Part shown: positions 54,653 through 62,295 of the stretch, in pieces
Layout: every line of letters begins with the position of its first letter
How positions within the stretch are numbered: position 1 is the first letter of the stretch
Assembly (NCBI GenBank): GCA_012735535.1
Contig: JAAYHC010000050.1
Location: forward strand, 1 to 62,295
Origin: Bacillota bacterium
GTDB taxonomy: Bacteria > Bacillota > UBA5301
DNA: 62,295 bases
Reading direction: 5' to 3'
Translations under genes and position numbers: made by a program
Notes under the pieces: model-generated
Database searches by the model: none
What the model was told of the DNA's origin: nothing
Seen by the model: only the letters and a program-made list of their open reading frames with translations

Positions 54653-55289
54653 CAGCGGCACCTCCAAAAGTGAGTAAATCCGGACGCACTTTGTAAATGA
54701 ATTCTAAGACCGCCAGAGTGATGACACCCTCAACAAGCCCGATGATGGCATGTACACCGACCATCGCCGGCAAGGCCTGTCTTAAAGCGACCGCACCCGA
54801 AAGACTTAGTTCCACCGCGACCACGGCCGCCGATAAAACAATCGAGATCCAAGCCCCGCTAAAAGAACCGATCCGCCACCATTTCTCCGTGGTCATCAAT
54901 CGCTTGGCCAAATTATAGACCAGCCACCCGGAGCCGACCGCGACGACCCCCATATTAAAAATGTTCGCCCCGAGAGCCAAGAGTCCACCATCCTGGAAGA
55001 CCAGGCACTGTACGATCAGCACGGTCGCCATGATGAGAAAAGCCGCCCACGGACCTAGTAAAATCGCAGCCAGCATCGCACCCATGAAGTGTCCCGACGT
55101 TCCGCCGGCCACCGGCAAATTAATCATTTGGGCCGCAAAGATAAAGGCCGCCGCAACCCCCATCAAAGGCACCTGTTCTTCCGAGATTCGCTTAGCCTTT
55201 CCTGAGAGTGCAACAGCCATTACTGCACCTGATGCGACGGCTAGACTGCTCCAGGTCTTGGTGTCGAGAAATCCATCCGGAATATGCAT
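54645..55289 (-). CDS. ECF S component NikM/CbiM
   Basis: N-terminal metal-binding MHIPDGF, GTSGHF.G, GGLLALGANIFNMG, HAIIGLVEG. Confidence 0.92.
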   Translation of the reverse strand: MHIPDGFLDTKTWSSLAVASGAVMAVALSGKAKRISEEQVPLMGVAAAFIFAAQMINLPVAGGTSGHFMGAMLAAILLGPWAAFLIMATVLIVQCLVFQDGGLLALGANIFNMGVVAVGSGWLVYNLAKRLMTTEKWWRIGSFSGAWISIVLSAAVVAVELSLSGAVALRQALPAMVGVHAIIGLVEGVITLAVLEFIYKVRPDLLTFGGAADE

Positions 55290-55306
55290 GCTCCTCCCCC
55301 TCCGCT

Positions 55307-55334
55307 GTGCTACAATTTTATTATTTCGTGTTAC
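55307..55334. promoter_or_regulatory. candidate nickel-regulator operator
   Basis: Direct repeat GTGCTAC-N14(AT-rich)-GTGTTAC between the promoter and the nikM SD. Confidence 0.5.
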
Positions 55335-55342
55335 TGTCACCT

Positions 55343-55371
55343 ATTATAACAGCTGCCGGGAGGACTGGCAA
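55343..55371 (-). promoter_or_regulatory. sigma-A promoter of nikMNQO
   Basis: TTGCCA-N17-TATAAT with TGn extension. Confidence 0.82.
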
Positions 55372-55440
55372 GAGCAGAAAATGCCTCACTCGCAAAGTAC
55401 AGATCTGATGTGTAAGTCCATTAAATCGGGTGAACACTAA

Positions 55441-55600
55441 TAAGACCAAAAAGACCGGCGAGCACCGTTGTCAGAAAAGATCTGCCTCTGTGCGGCACTC
55501 GCCGGAAAGAGCAAAGAGCTCCGGATTGTTCCTGACGGCGACCACCCGACAGCATTTGCTGTTTATCCGGATGAAGATCGCCGAATCTTATCTTTTTCTT
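55441..55600 (-). other. structured intergenic element (two long hairpins plus U-tract), unassigned
   Basis: Hairpins 55536-55583 and 55455-55505, both bounded by CGGCGA...TCGCCG; G-U pairs form only on the minus strand. Confidence 0.55.
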
Positions 55601-55619
55601 TTCCCGCAAAAATATCCTC

Positions 55620-56906
55620 TTACTTCAACATCTCGGCCAAATCGGCAGCCGGATTCGTGGTCAAGCGGAGATCAAAATTTTCCTGCAGAACCTGGAGAAC
55701 ATTAGGAGTAATCCAGGCCGGCGCCTTGGGTCCGAGGTAAATACCCTTAATGCCTAGAGCCAGTAAGCCCATCAAAATGGCCACCGCTTTTTGTTCCATC
55801 CACGAGAGCACCAAGGTCAGTGGTAAATCGTTAACACTGCAGCCAAAGGCCTCGGCCAAGGCCACCGCAATCTTGATCGCCGAAATGGCATCGTTGCACT
55901 GGCCCAAATCGATTAGACGCGGGATTCCATCGATCGTTCCTAAGTCAAGATCGTTAAAGCGGAACTTACCACAGGCCAGGGTCAACACAATCGTGTCCTC
56001 CGGCGTCTTTGCGACAAATTCCCGATAATGATCCCGATCCTGACCAGGGGCATCACAGCCGCCGACCAAGAAGAAGTGTTTAATCTTGCCGGCCTTCACA
56101 GCAGCGATAATCTTATCGGCCAGCGGTAGGACATTGGTGTGGCTGAAGCCGGTGGTCAGTTCATAATCACCAGGTGCTTCAGGTAACGGTGGCAAATTGA
56201 GCGCCTTCGCGATAACCGGGGTGAAATCATAGCCCTCGATATGGGTGGCCCCAGGCAAACGAGTAACACCGACGGTAAAAATGCGGTCGGCGTATTCCGT
56301 CTTGGGGATCAGCGCACAGTTGGAAGTAGCTAAAATCGCTCCGGAGAAGTTGCTAAACAAGGCTTTCTGGTCGAACCAGGCTTTGCCCAAATTGCCTTTG
56401 AGATGCGCAAACTTTTTCAATTCCGGATATCCATGGGCCGGTAACATTTCGGAGTGGGTGTAAACATTGATGCCGGTTCCTTCTGTTTGCTTGAGCAACT
56501 CATAAAGCACTTTCAGATTATGCCCGGTAACCAAGATACCCGGTCCGGCAAAGGTACCGGTCGGCACCGCAGTCGGCTGCATCTCACCAAAATGCTTCGT
56601 ATGAGCCTCTTTGAGCATCTCCATCGCCTTGACGGTCATCGTACCGGCTTCAAGATTAAGGTTTATGTGAGCGCCAAGGTCAAAGCTAACATTGGTGAGC
56701 GTGCTGTAAAGTGCCCGCGGAATAAAAGCATCGATCTCCGGGTCGGAATAGCCCAGTTCTCTGGCGTGATAGACATAGGCGCTTAATCCTTTGAGACTGT
56801 AGATAAGATTTTCCTGCAAGCTCTGGATATCCGCGTCTTTTTCGCACACACCGACTTTGGTGCAGGCTACTCCTCCCACCGTCTGTGCACACTGGTTACA
56901 GTACAT
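55620..56906 (-). CDS. hcp: hybrid cluster protein (hydroxylamine reductase), short form
   Basis: MYCNQCAQ..C..GVC, TGH, YTHSEMLPAH, TSNC, GGCD, LACGK, DLGQCND, SWMEQKA. Confidence 0.95.
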   Translation of the reverse strand: MYCNQCAQTVGGVACTKVGVCEKDADIQSLQENLIYSLKGLSAYVYHARELGYSDPEIDAFIPRALYSTLTNVSFDLGAHINLNLEAGTMTVKAMEMLKEAHTKHFGEMQPTAVPTGTFAGPGILVTGHNLKVLYELLKQTEGTGINVYTHSEMLPAHGYPELKKFAHLKGNLGKAWFDQKALFSNFSGAILATSNCALIPKTEYADRIFTVGVTRLPGATHIEGYDFTPVIAKALNLPPLPEAPGDYELTTGFSHTNVLPLADKIIAAVKAGKIKHFFLVGGCDAPGQDRDHYREFVAKTPEDTIVLTLACGKFRFNDLDLGTIDGIPRLIDLGQCNDAISAIKIAVALAEAFGCSVNDLPLTLVLSWMEQKAVAILMGLLALGIKGIYLGPKAPAWITPNVLQVLQENFDLRLTTNPAADLAEMLK

Positions 56907-56936
56907 AAATCTTCCTCCCTTTTATCTTTCGTATAA

Positions 56937-56985
56937 TAACTTATTAAGTTAGTTTTATAATAGCCAAAGACTTGCCCTCTGTCAA
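56937..56985 (-). promoter_or_regulatory. hcp sigma-A promoter with a downstream 7-1-7 operator
   Basis: TTGACA-N17-TATTAT (56985-56957); palindrome TAACTTA-A-TAAGTTA at 56937-56951. Confidence 0.75.
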
Positions 56986-57004
56986 CCTCTTAGTCCGCCA
57001 AAGA

Positions 57005-57319
57005 TTATTTGACCTTCACCGCGGTTCCCGAAGCGGTCACCATCAGCATACCGTCCCGCACAACCTCGTAATCCAAGTCAATGCCGATGACCGCATTCGC
57101 CCCTAATGCTCTGGCCTGGGCCTCCATCTCTCTGAGGGCAATTTGACGAGCCTGGGATAGTTTTTGCTCATAGGCTCCTGATCTGCCTCCAACCACATCC
57201 GTGATGCTTGCAAAAAGATCTCGCACGACATTGGCACCCATAATCGCCTCGCCGGTGCAAATGCCACAGTACTCCAGGATTTCATGGTTTTCTAAGGTTG
57301 AAGTGGTGGTTAAAATCAT
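57005..57319 (-). CDS. ybjQ: YbjQ/UPF0145-family protein
   Basis: [42 protein letters not shown]. Confidence 0.94.
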   Translation of the reverse strand: MILTTTSTLENHEILEYCGICTGEAIMGANVVRDLFASITDVVGGRSGAYEQKLSQARQIALREMEAQARALGANAVIGIDLDYEVVRDGMLMVTASGTAVKVK

Positions 57320-58263
57320 AGCAATTCCTCCTTAATTTCTTCTGCACCCTGGTGGTAATTGACAATGATGATACCCAGCGAAACCAAGACCAACGCGCCA
57401 ACCAGTTTCAGCGATAACGTCTCCTCCGGCAAGGCCAAAACCGAAAGGAGCGAGCCGGAAACCGGGATCAAAAAACGGTACAGACTAACCTCACCAATCC
57501 GATTATACTTTAAAACCGTATACCAGAGACCAAAAGCGAGTGCCGATACTAAGGCCAGGTAAATCAGGAGCCAACCGGCGGCCCCGGTGAATGATAGTAC
57601 CGGCGTCCCGCCGAGCACCGTACCTAACACCAGGAGAAACAACGCCCCGGAGACCATCTGGTAGGCCGTCAGAACAAAGGGGTGAATCCGCCCGGCGAAA
57701 TTCTTGGCATAAATGCTGCTGATTGCCGCAATTATCACGGCAATGAGCACATAACCCTCGCCGGCCCAGGCGAAATCCAAGCTCAAGCCCGTCGGATCAA
57801 AATTGGCCACCACAATCCCACCTAGCCCTAGAACCACGCCAAGCAGTTTACGCCAGGTCAGTTTGTCATCCGCATAAGCCAGATGTGCAAAAAGCACGGC
57901 GAAAAATACTCCCATGGAATTGAGGATTGCCCCTTTGACCGCAGTCGTGTTGGCTAGTCCGTTATAGAAAAAGGCATACTGCAATCCGGTGTTAAATATG
58001 CCGAAAACGATCAGTTTGCCTAAATCGCCCTTCGGCAGCACAATTTTTTCTTTAAAAACCAGCGGCAAGGTTAACAAGAGCAGCCCGCCCGCCAATAGAA
58101 AACGATACCCCGCAAAAAGCAAGCGCCCTGCATAATCGGGAGTGCCCAGGCCCAACAGCTCATACCCGATTTTCAGCGCCGGGAACGCACTGCCCCACAG
58201 GACGCAAGCTAAAAGTGACAGTCCAAAAACGACGAGCTTATGACGGAAAAAGTCTTCTGCCAT
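57316..58263 (-). CDS. EamA/DMT-family transporter
   Basis: LWGSAFP..K.GY, two EamA repeats. Confidence 0.9.
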   Translation of the reverse strand: MAEDFFRHKLVVFGLSLLACVLWGSAFPALKIGYELLGLGTPDYAGRLLFAGYRFLLAGGLLLLTLPLVFKEKIVLPKGDLGKLIVFGIFNTGLQYAFFYNGLANTTAVKGAILNSMGVFFAVLFAHLAYADDKLTWRKLLGVVLGLGGIVVANFDPTGLSLDFAWAGEGYVLIAVIIAAISSIYAKNFAGRIHPFVLTAYQMVSGALFLLVLGTVLGGTPVLSFTGAAGWLLIYLALVSALAFGLWYTVLKYNRIGEVSLYRFLIPVSGSLLSVLALPEETLSLKLVGALVLVSLGIIIVNYHQGAEEIKEELL

Positions 58264-58276
58264 CTTCACCGGAAGT

Positions 58277-58942
58277 TTACTTAGCCTCCTTGAGCTCTTT
58301 ACGGGACCGTACCAACACTTGATAGTCATCAAGCAAAGTGCGATGTTTAACCTCACGCGGATCTTGGCGCATAATCGAGTAGGCCAATTGGATAGACGGA
58401 CCTACTAAAAAAGCGATGAGCAGTGTGCCGATCCCGAGCGGGCCGCCAAGCAGATAACCGATAACTAACACCGTAACCTCGATGGTTGTCCGCGGAATGG
58501 CTACCTTCATCTTCAACCGACGACTTAGAGCCAGCATTAAGCCGTCCCGCGGACCGCTGCCCAGCCCGGCACTCAAATAAAAATAGGTAGCCCAGCCCAT
58601 CAGGCAGATACCGAGGATCAGCATCAGTGCTCTGGCCAAAAAGCTTCCCGGACTGCCGATTAAGCCGAAGCGCTCGATGATATCAATAAAAAATCCGATA
58701 AAATACATGTTGGCCAAGGTTCCCCAGCCAGGTGTCTCCCCTAACAACGCACATAGAATAATGATAAACAAGCCCACCAGCTGTGATGTCTGTCCAAGGG
58801 TCAAAGAAGAATGCTTAACTATTCCCAAATGAAAAGCATCCCACGGAGCAACGCCCAGCCCGGCATGGATCGTCAGGAGGATGCCCACCGCGTACAAAAA
58901 CAAGCCCAAAAAGAGCACTGCGCCTTTACGAACCCAACTCAT
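58277..58942 (-). CDS. YczE/YitT-family membrane protein
   Basis: LGVAPWDAFH.G, TPGWGTLANM, LGSGPRDGLM, PLGIGT. Confidence 0.88.
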   Translation of the reverse strand: MSWVRKGAVLFLGLFLYAVGILLTIHAGLGVAPWDAFHLGIVKHSSLTLGQTSQLVGLFIIILCALLGETPGWGTLANMYFIGFFIDIIERFGLIGSPGSFLARALMLILGICLMGWATYFYLSAGLGSGPRDGLMLALSRRLKMKVAIPRTTIEVTVLVIGYLLGGPLGIGTLLIAFLVGPSIQLAYSIMRQDPREVKHRTLLDDYQVLVRSRKELKEAK

Positions 58943-58957
58943 CTGCCAAACCTCCAC

Positions 58958-59287
58958 TTAAAACCGTTTAAAGGCGAAAAATACCGCTGCCAGAACCAAG
59001 GCAAAAGATGCTCCATAATTCCACTTAAATGGCTCCCGCAGATACAGTACGGAAAAAACCATGAAGACACTCAGCGTAATGGCCTCTTGGATTATCTTTA
59101 GCTGGGCGGCCGAAAAAGTGAGATGCCCGACCCGGTTAGCCGGGACTTGAAAACAGTATTCGAAAAAGGCGATTAACCAACTGAGTACGATGACCTTAAA
59201 TAGAGGGGTATCCTTGAACTTGAGATGGCCATACCAGGCAAAAGTCATAAAAATGTTCGAAATCAACAGCAGCAAAACTGTTTTCAC
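58958..59287 (-). CDS. DUF486 DMT-family membrane protein
   Basis: SNIFMTFAWYGHLK, FEYCFQVPANRVG, QLKIIQE. Confidence 0.92.
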   Translation of the reverse strand: MKTVLLLLISNIFMTFAWYGHLKFKDTPLFKVIVLSWLIAFFEYCFQVPANRVGHLTFSAAQLKIIQEAITLSVFMVFSVLYLREPFKWNYGASFALVLAAVFFAFKRF

Positions 59288-59347
59288 AAACTTCCCCCGC
59301 AGTCAAGGTGATGATTACAAGTTTAGCACTGCTTTGCCTTTTGTCAA

Positions 59348-60493
59348 CTAGCTTTCCGGCTCACCTGGCGGAGGTTTCGGCCCATAAAATTGATAATAAT
59401 CGCAACGAATCCGACCATTGTATAGTTTACGCTTTCGATCTGCCTTGCGCCCGTAAAAGCGCTCAAACCCCTCATGCGAAGTCAGCACATACACCGACCA
59501 GGTCTCGAGCGGGCGAAAGGCCCGCCCCATCTGGCGATAAACCTCTTCAGCCTCTTTCTTCTCTCCTAGCCGCTCGCCATACGGCGGGTTACAAATAATG
59601 CAGCCATATTTCTCCGCGACGGCGAGTTCGGCCACCGGCCTCCGGGTAAACGTGATCTGTTCAAGAACCCCGGCCTGTTTCGCATGGTACCTAGCCAGGC
59701 TCAGCACCTTGGAATCGATGTCCGAGCCCCAGATGGTTAAGCGGCTATCCCTCTTTACCAGATCATAGGCCTCCTCTCGAGCAGTTTGCCAAAGGCCCGA
59801 AGGAATAACTGGCCAGGCTTCAGCCGCAAACCGGCGTTGCAAGCCCGGAGCAATATTCAGCCCGCTCAGTGCAGCCTCAATTGGAATAGTGCCGGAGCCG
59901 CAAAAGGGGTCTAATAAGATCCGGTCGGGATTCCAGTAGCTCAGCTCGACCAAGGCGGCGGCCAGTGTTTCTTTTAACGGCGCCGGCATCGAGAGCTTCC
60001 GGTAACCCCGCTTATGAAGTCCGGCCCCGCTGGTATCAATGGTAATCGTCGCGATATCTTTAAGCAGCGAGACCTCAATGGCATATTGTGGCCCGGTCTC
60101 CGCAAACCACTCCAGATGATAATGGTTTTTGAGGCTTTCTACGATGGCTTTTTTTACTACCGCCTGACAGGCCGGAACGCTTGACAACTGTGAATCCAGC
60201 GATTTGCCATTCACCGGGAAGGCAGCATCTTTCGGCAGCCAATCCGCCCACGGCAAGGCTTTGACTTGATCAAAGAGTTGATCAAAATCGGTCGCCGGGA
60301 ACTCACCCAGCTTGACCAAGACTCGGTCGGCCGAACGCAACCACAAGTTGGCCCGGCACAAAGCCATTTCATCGCCGCGAAACTCAACGCGCCCATTAGC
60401 GATCTTAACGTCGGTGTATCCTAATGCCCGCACCTGCCTGGCGACAACCGATTCCAAGCCGAAGGCGGCGGTGGCAATGAAATCTATCGGCAC
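59348..60493 (-). CDS. rlmL: THUMP-domain rRNA methyltransferase (RlmL/YpsC-like)
   Basis: ATAAFGLE, ANLWLRSADRV, GLHKRGYR, APLKETLAAA, DPFCGSGTI.IEAA, NPPYGERL. Confidence 0.92.
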   Translation of the reverse strand: MPIDFIATAAFGLESVVARQVRALGYTDVKIANGRVEFRGDEMALCRANLWLRSADRVLVKLGEFPATDFDQLFDQVKALPWADWLPKDAAFPVNGKSLDSQLSSVPACQAVVKKAIVESLKNHYHLEWFAETGPQYAIEVSLLKDIATITIDTSGAGLHKRGYRKLSMPAPLKETLAAALVELSYWNPDRILLDPFCGSGTIPIEAALSGLNIAPGLQRRFAAEAWPVIPSGLWQTAREEAYDLVKRDSRLTIWGSDIDSKVLSLARYHAKQAGVLEQITFTRRPVAELAVAEKYGCIICNPPYGERLGEKKEAEEVYRQMGRAFRPLETWSVYVLTSHEGFERFYGRKADRKRKLYNGRIRCDYYQFYGPKPPPGEPES

Positions 60494-60611
60494 GGCATTG
60501 CTCCTCTATCATCCAAATGCGTATTCTTTCGTGGTATTCCCAGAGAACTCCTAGCTATACATGGCTGTGGATGTGCTAGAATTGATTTAGCACGCAAAGG
60601 AGGCTGACCCG

Positions 60612-60980
60612 GTGGCAAAATTGAATTTACGCAGCGCCTACCTTTATCTGGTCTGCTTAGTCACCCTGGTTATTTTTATCTCCGGGATCATTTTGACGAT
60701 TACCAACCTAACGGACCTGTTCTTAGATGAAGGCTATTATCAGAGTTTGGATGAGTTCGCCCTACGCTTTGAACGCCTGGATCCGAAAACCGGCCGGACT
60801 CAAACGGAGTTATCTGCGGCAGAAATCCAGAGCCGCTACGCCGAGTATTTGCGGGCCGAGCAGGATCGCCAGTTTAAACGCAACCTGCGCGAACTGATTA
60901 ACAGTCTGGCTGCTTTGGTCGTCGGGGGCAGTTTCTGGCTGTATCATTGGCGCCAGATCGGGGCTGACCGTGAATCCTAA
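60612..60980 (+). CDS. small two-TM hypothetical protein (DUF5671-like pattern)
   Basis: AYLYLVCLVTL....W.YHWR; SD AAGGAGG. Confidence 0.7.
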   Translation: MAKLNLRSAYLYLVCLVTLVIFISGIILTITNLTDLFLDEGYYQSLDEFALRFERLDPKTGRTQTELSAAEIQSRYAEYLRAEQDRQFKRNLRELINSLAALVVGGSFWLYHWRQIGADRES

Positions 60981-62295
60981 GAAGCGACACTTACCGACTC
61001 GCGAATAAATCGGACAAACTTCTGAACTATTTTCGGATCATAGTGTCTACCTGATTCCGCTTCCAACTGAGCGATGGCCTGCTCTGCAGAGAGCGCAGGT
61101 CGATAAGGTCTGACCCTGGTCATGGCCTCGTAGGCATCAGCTACCGCCATTATTCTGGCCAATTCAGGGATGCTTTCTCCTGCAAGGCCATCCGGGTAAC
61201 CCGAGCCGTCCCAATACTCATGATGGTGACGGACAATCTCAATAACATCCTGGAGCAAGTCAACTTCGGAGATAATAGCCACGCCCAACGCAGGGTGTTC
61301 CCGAATCAGCTCCCACTCTTCTTTGGTCAAGGGGCCCGATTTATTGAGCACTTCGACCGAAATCTCCCCTTTACCCAAGTCATGCACTAAAGATGCCTTG
61401 ATCAGCAAATTAGCTTCTTTCTCGTGCAAGCCGGCCCAGCGACTAAATTGTTGAACCAACTTCTTGACGCCCCTGGCATGTTCGACCGTCTCCGGGTGAC
61501 GATAATGTAGCCAAGTTAAGAGCGGACTCACCGCCCGGGCAACATCCGGCTCCAGATCCGCACAGAAGAAAAAATCCATCAGATCCTCTAAGTAGGAGAC
61601 ACGATTTTTCCCGGAGCGTTTGGAATAGTACATGGCGATATCGGCAGCTGCGATGACCGCTTCGACAGTATCTCCATGCTCAGGATAGGTGGCAATCCCG
61701 ATCGACAAGGTTACCCCACAGCTATTAGCTACACTCTCGCGCAGCCGGTTAGCCATCGCCTGGACTTCCCTGATCCCTGAGTTCCTGGCCAAAATGAGGA
61801 ACTCTTCTCCACCATAGCGAGCTACCAAATCGGTGCTCCGAACGGTTTGGCGAATATGATCGGAAACCTTGGTTAAGACCTGGTCACCTCTGAGATGCCC
61901 CCGGGTCTCGTTAAACTTCTTGAAATCATCAACATCGACAAAGATGATCGCAAATCTTTGTCCTTGGCTAATGGCCTCCTCTGCCACTTCTAAGAAATAG
62001 CGGTGGTTGGCCAGGCCAGTCAAAGAGTCGGTATGAGCCAGATACCGCAGACGTTCGGAATCGCGGCCAATCTTCTCGATCATCTGCTGATACTCTGCAG
62101 CCAAGCGGGAGACCATCCAACAGATGATCCAGATCAGCAAGACCTCGGCCATAACCACATAGAATACCTCGCCGGTTCTCAGGCCGACAATCAGAACCAT
62201 AACCGTGCCCGGAATCCCTTGTAGCCAGAAGTATCGGGGATGGATTCCCGAAAAAGCCGATCTGAGCATGGCAATCGGAATGAACAACAAGACCA
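60977..62295 (-). CDS. membrane-anchored GGDEF plus HD-GYP protein, 5' end probably outside the window
   Basis: TDSLTGLANH, DVDDFKKFN, RSTD I-site, RYGGEEF, VHDLGK, HHEYWDGSGYP; frame open to the window edge. Confidence 0.92.
   Translation of the reverse strand, partial: VLLFIPIAMLRSAFSGIHPRYFWLQGIPGTVMVLIVGLRTGEVFYVVMAEVLLIWIICWMVSRLAAEYQQMIEKIGRDSERLRYLAHTDSLTGLANHRYFLEVAEEAISQGQRFAIIFVDVDDFKKFNETRGHLRGDQVLTKVSDHIRQTVRSTDLVARYGGEEFLILARNSGIREVQAMANRLRESVANSCGVTLSIGIATYPEHGDTVEAVIAAADIAMYYSKRSGKNRVSYLEDLMDFFFCADLEPDVARAVSPLLTWLHYRHPETVEHARGVKKLVQQFSRWAGLHEKEANLLIKASLVHDLGKGEISVEVLNKSGPLTKEEWELIREHPALGVAIISEVDLLQDVIEIVRHHHEYWDGSGYPDGLAGESIPELARIMAVADAYEAMTRVRPYRPALSAEQAIAQLEAESGRHYDPKIVQKFVRFIRESVSVAS

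Noticed and set aside
55385-55430. CGCAAAG-TACAG-ATCTGA resembling part of a c-di-GMP-I (GEMM) riboswitch on the plus strand
   Set aside because: Lacks the GNRA-capped P2 stem and paired P1/P3, and no downstream gene lies on that strand
55421-55740. Short ORFs (62-91 aa) in the hcp-nikM intergenic region
   Set aside because: No convincing SD or motif; region better explained by RNA structure
1-62295. CRISPR arrays, IS/transposases, integrases, prophage genes, rRNA, in-frame TGA/Sec recoding
   Set aside because: No regularly spaced repeats, terminal inverted repeats with transposase, phage hallmark proteins or interrupted redox-enzyme frames seen by eye

Overview
62.3 kb of chromosomal DNA from a moderately GC-rich, endospore-forming anaerobic Bacillota (Firmicute). 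The spore-former inference rests on yaaL, DUF421/DUF4363, DUF1540 and sigma-K/E/F-like promoters. I saw no prophage, transposase, integrase, CRISPR array or rRNA. Left end: the conserved tadA-tRNA-Ser x2-ffs(SRP RNA)-dnaX-ybaB-recR-yaaL block, interrupted by an antisense C45-family gene, then an ECF sigma/anti-sigma/LysM-lipoprotein-like operon. Also present: a complete six-gene Ech [NiFe] hydrogenase operon, dispersed glgA and glgP, an orphan Tat-FeS/cytochrome b pair, yhaO-yhaN (SbcEF-like), a c-di-AMP riboswitch-sulP unit, a Phe T-box-aroF-pheA operon, a NikMNQO-type ECF transporter, hcp, and c-di-GMP turnover proteins. Strongest candidates for something undescribed: (1) a sigma-K-flanked, tandemly duplicated two-gene unit (coiled-coil protein plus tiny hydrophobic peptide, the peptides missed by the ORF track) divergent from a subtilase at 24.4-25.4 kb; (2) a Ca2+-binding beta/gamma-crystallin domain fused to a SPOCS-like spore-coat domain; (3) a strand-specific, multi-hairpin RNA between hcp and the nickel transporter; (4) two pseudoenzymes (NlpC/P60 and C45) lacking catalytic residues; (5) a YcgR-N/FlhG fusion; (6) c-di-AMP control of a BicA-like transporter. 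All family assignments come from motif recognition by eye; no database searches were run.
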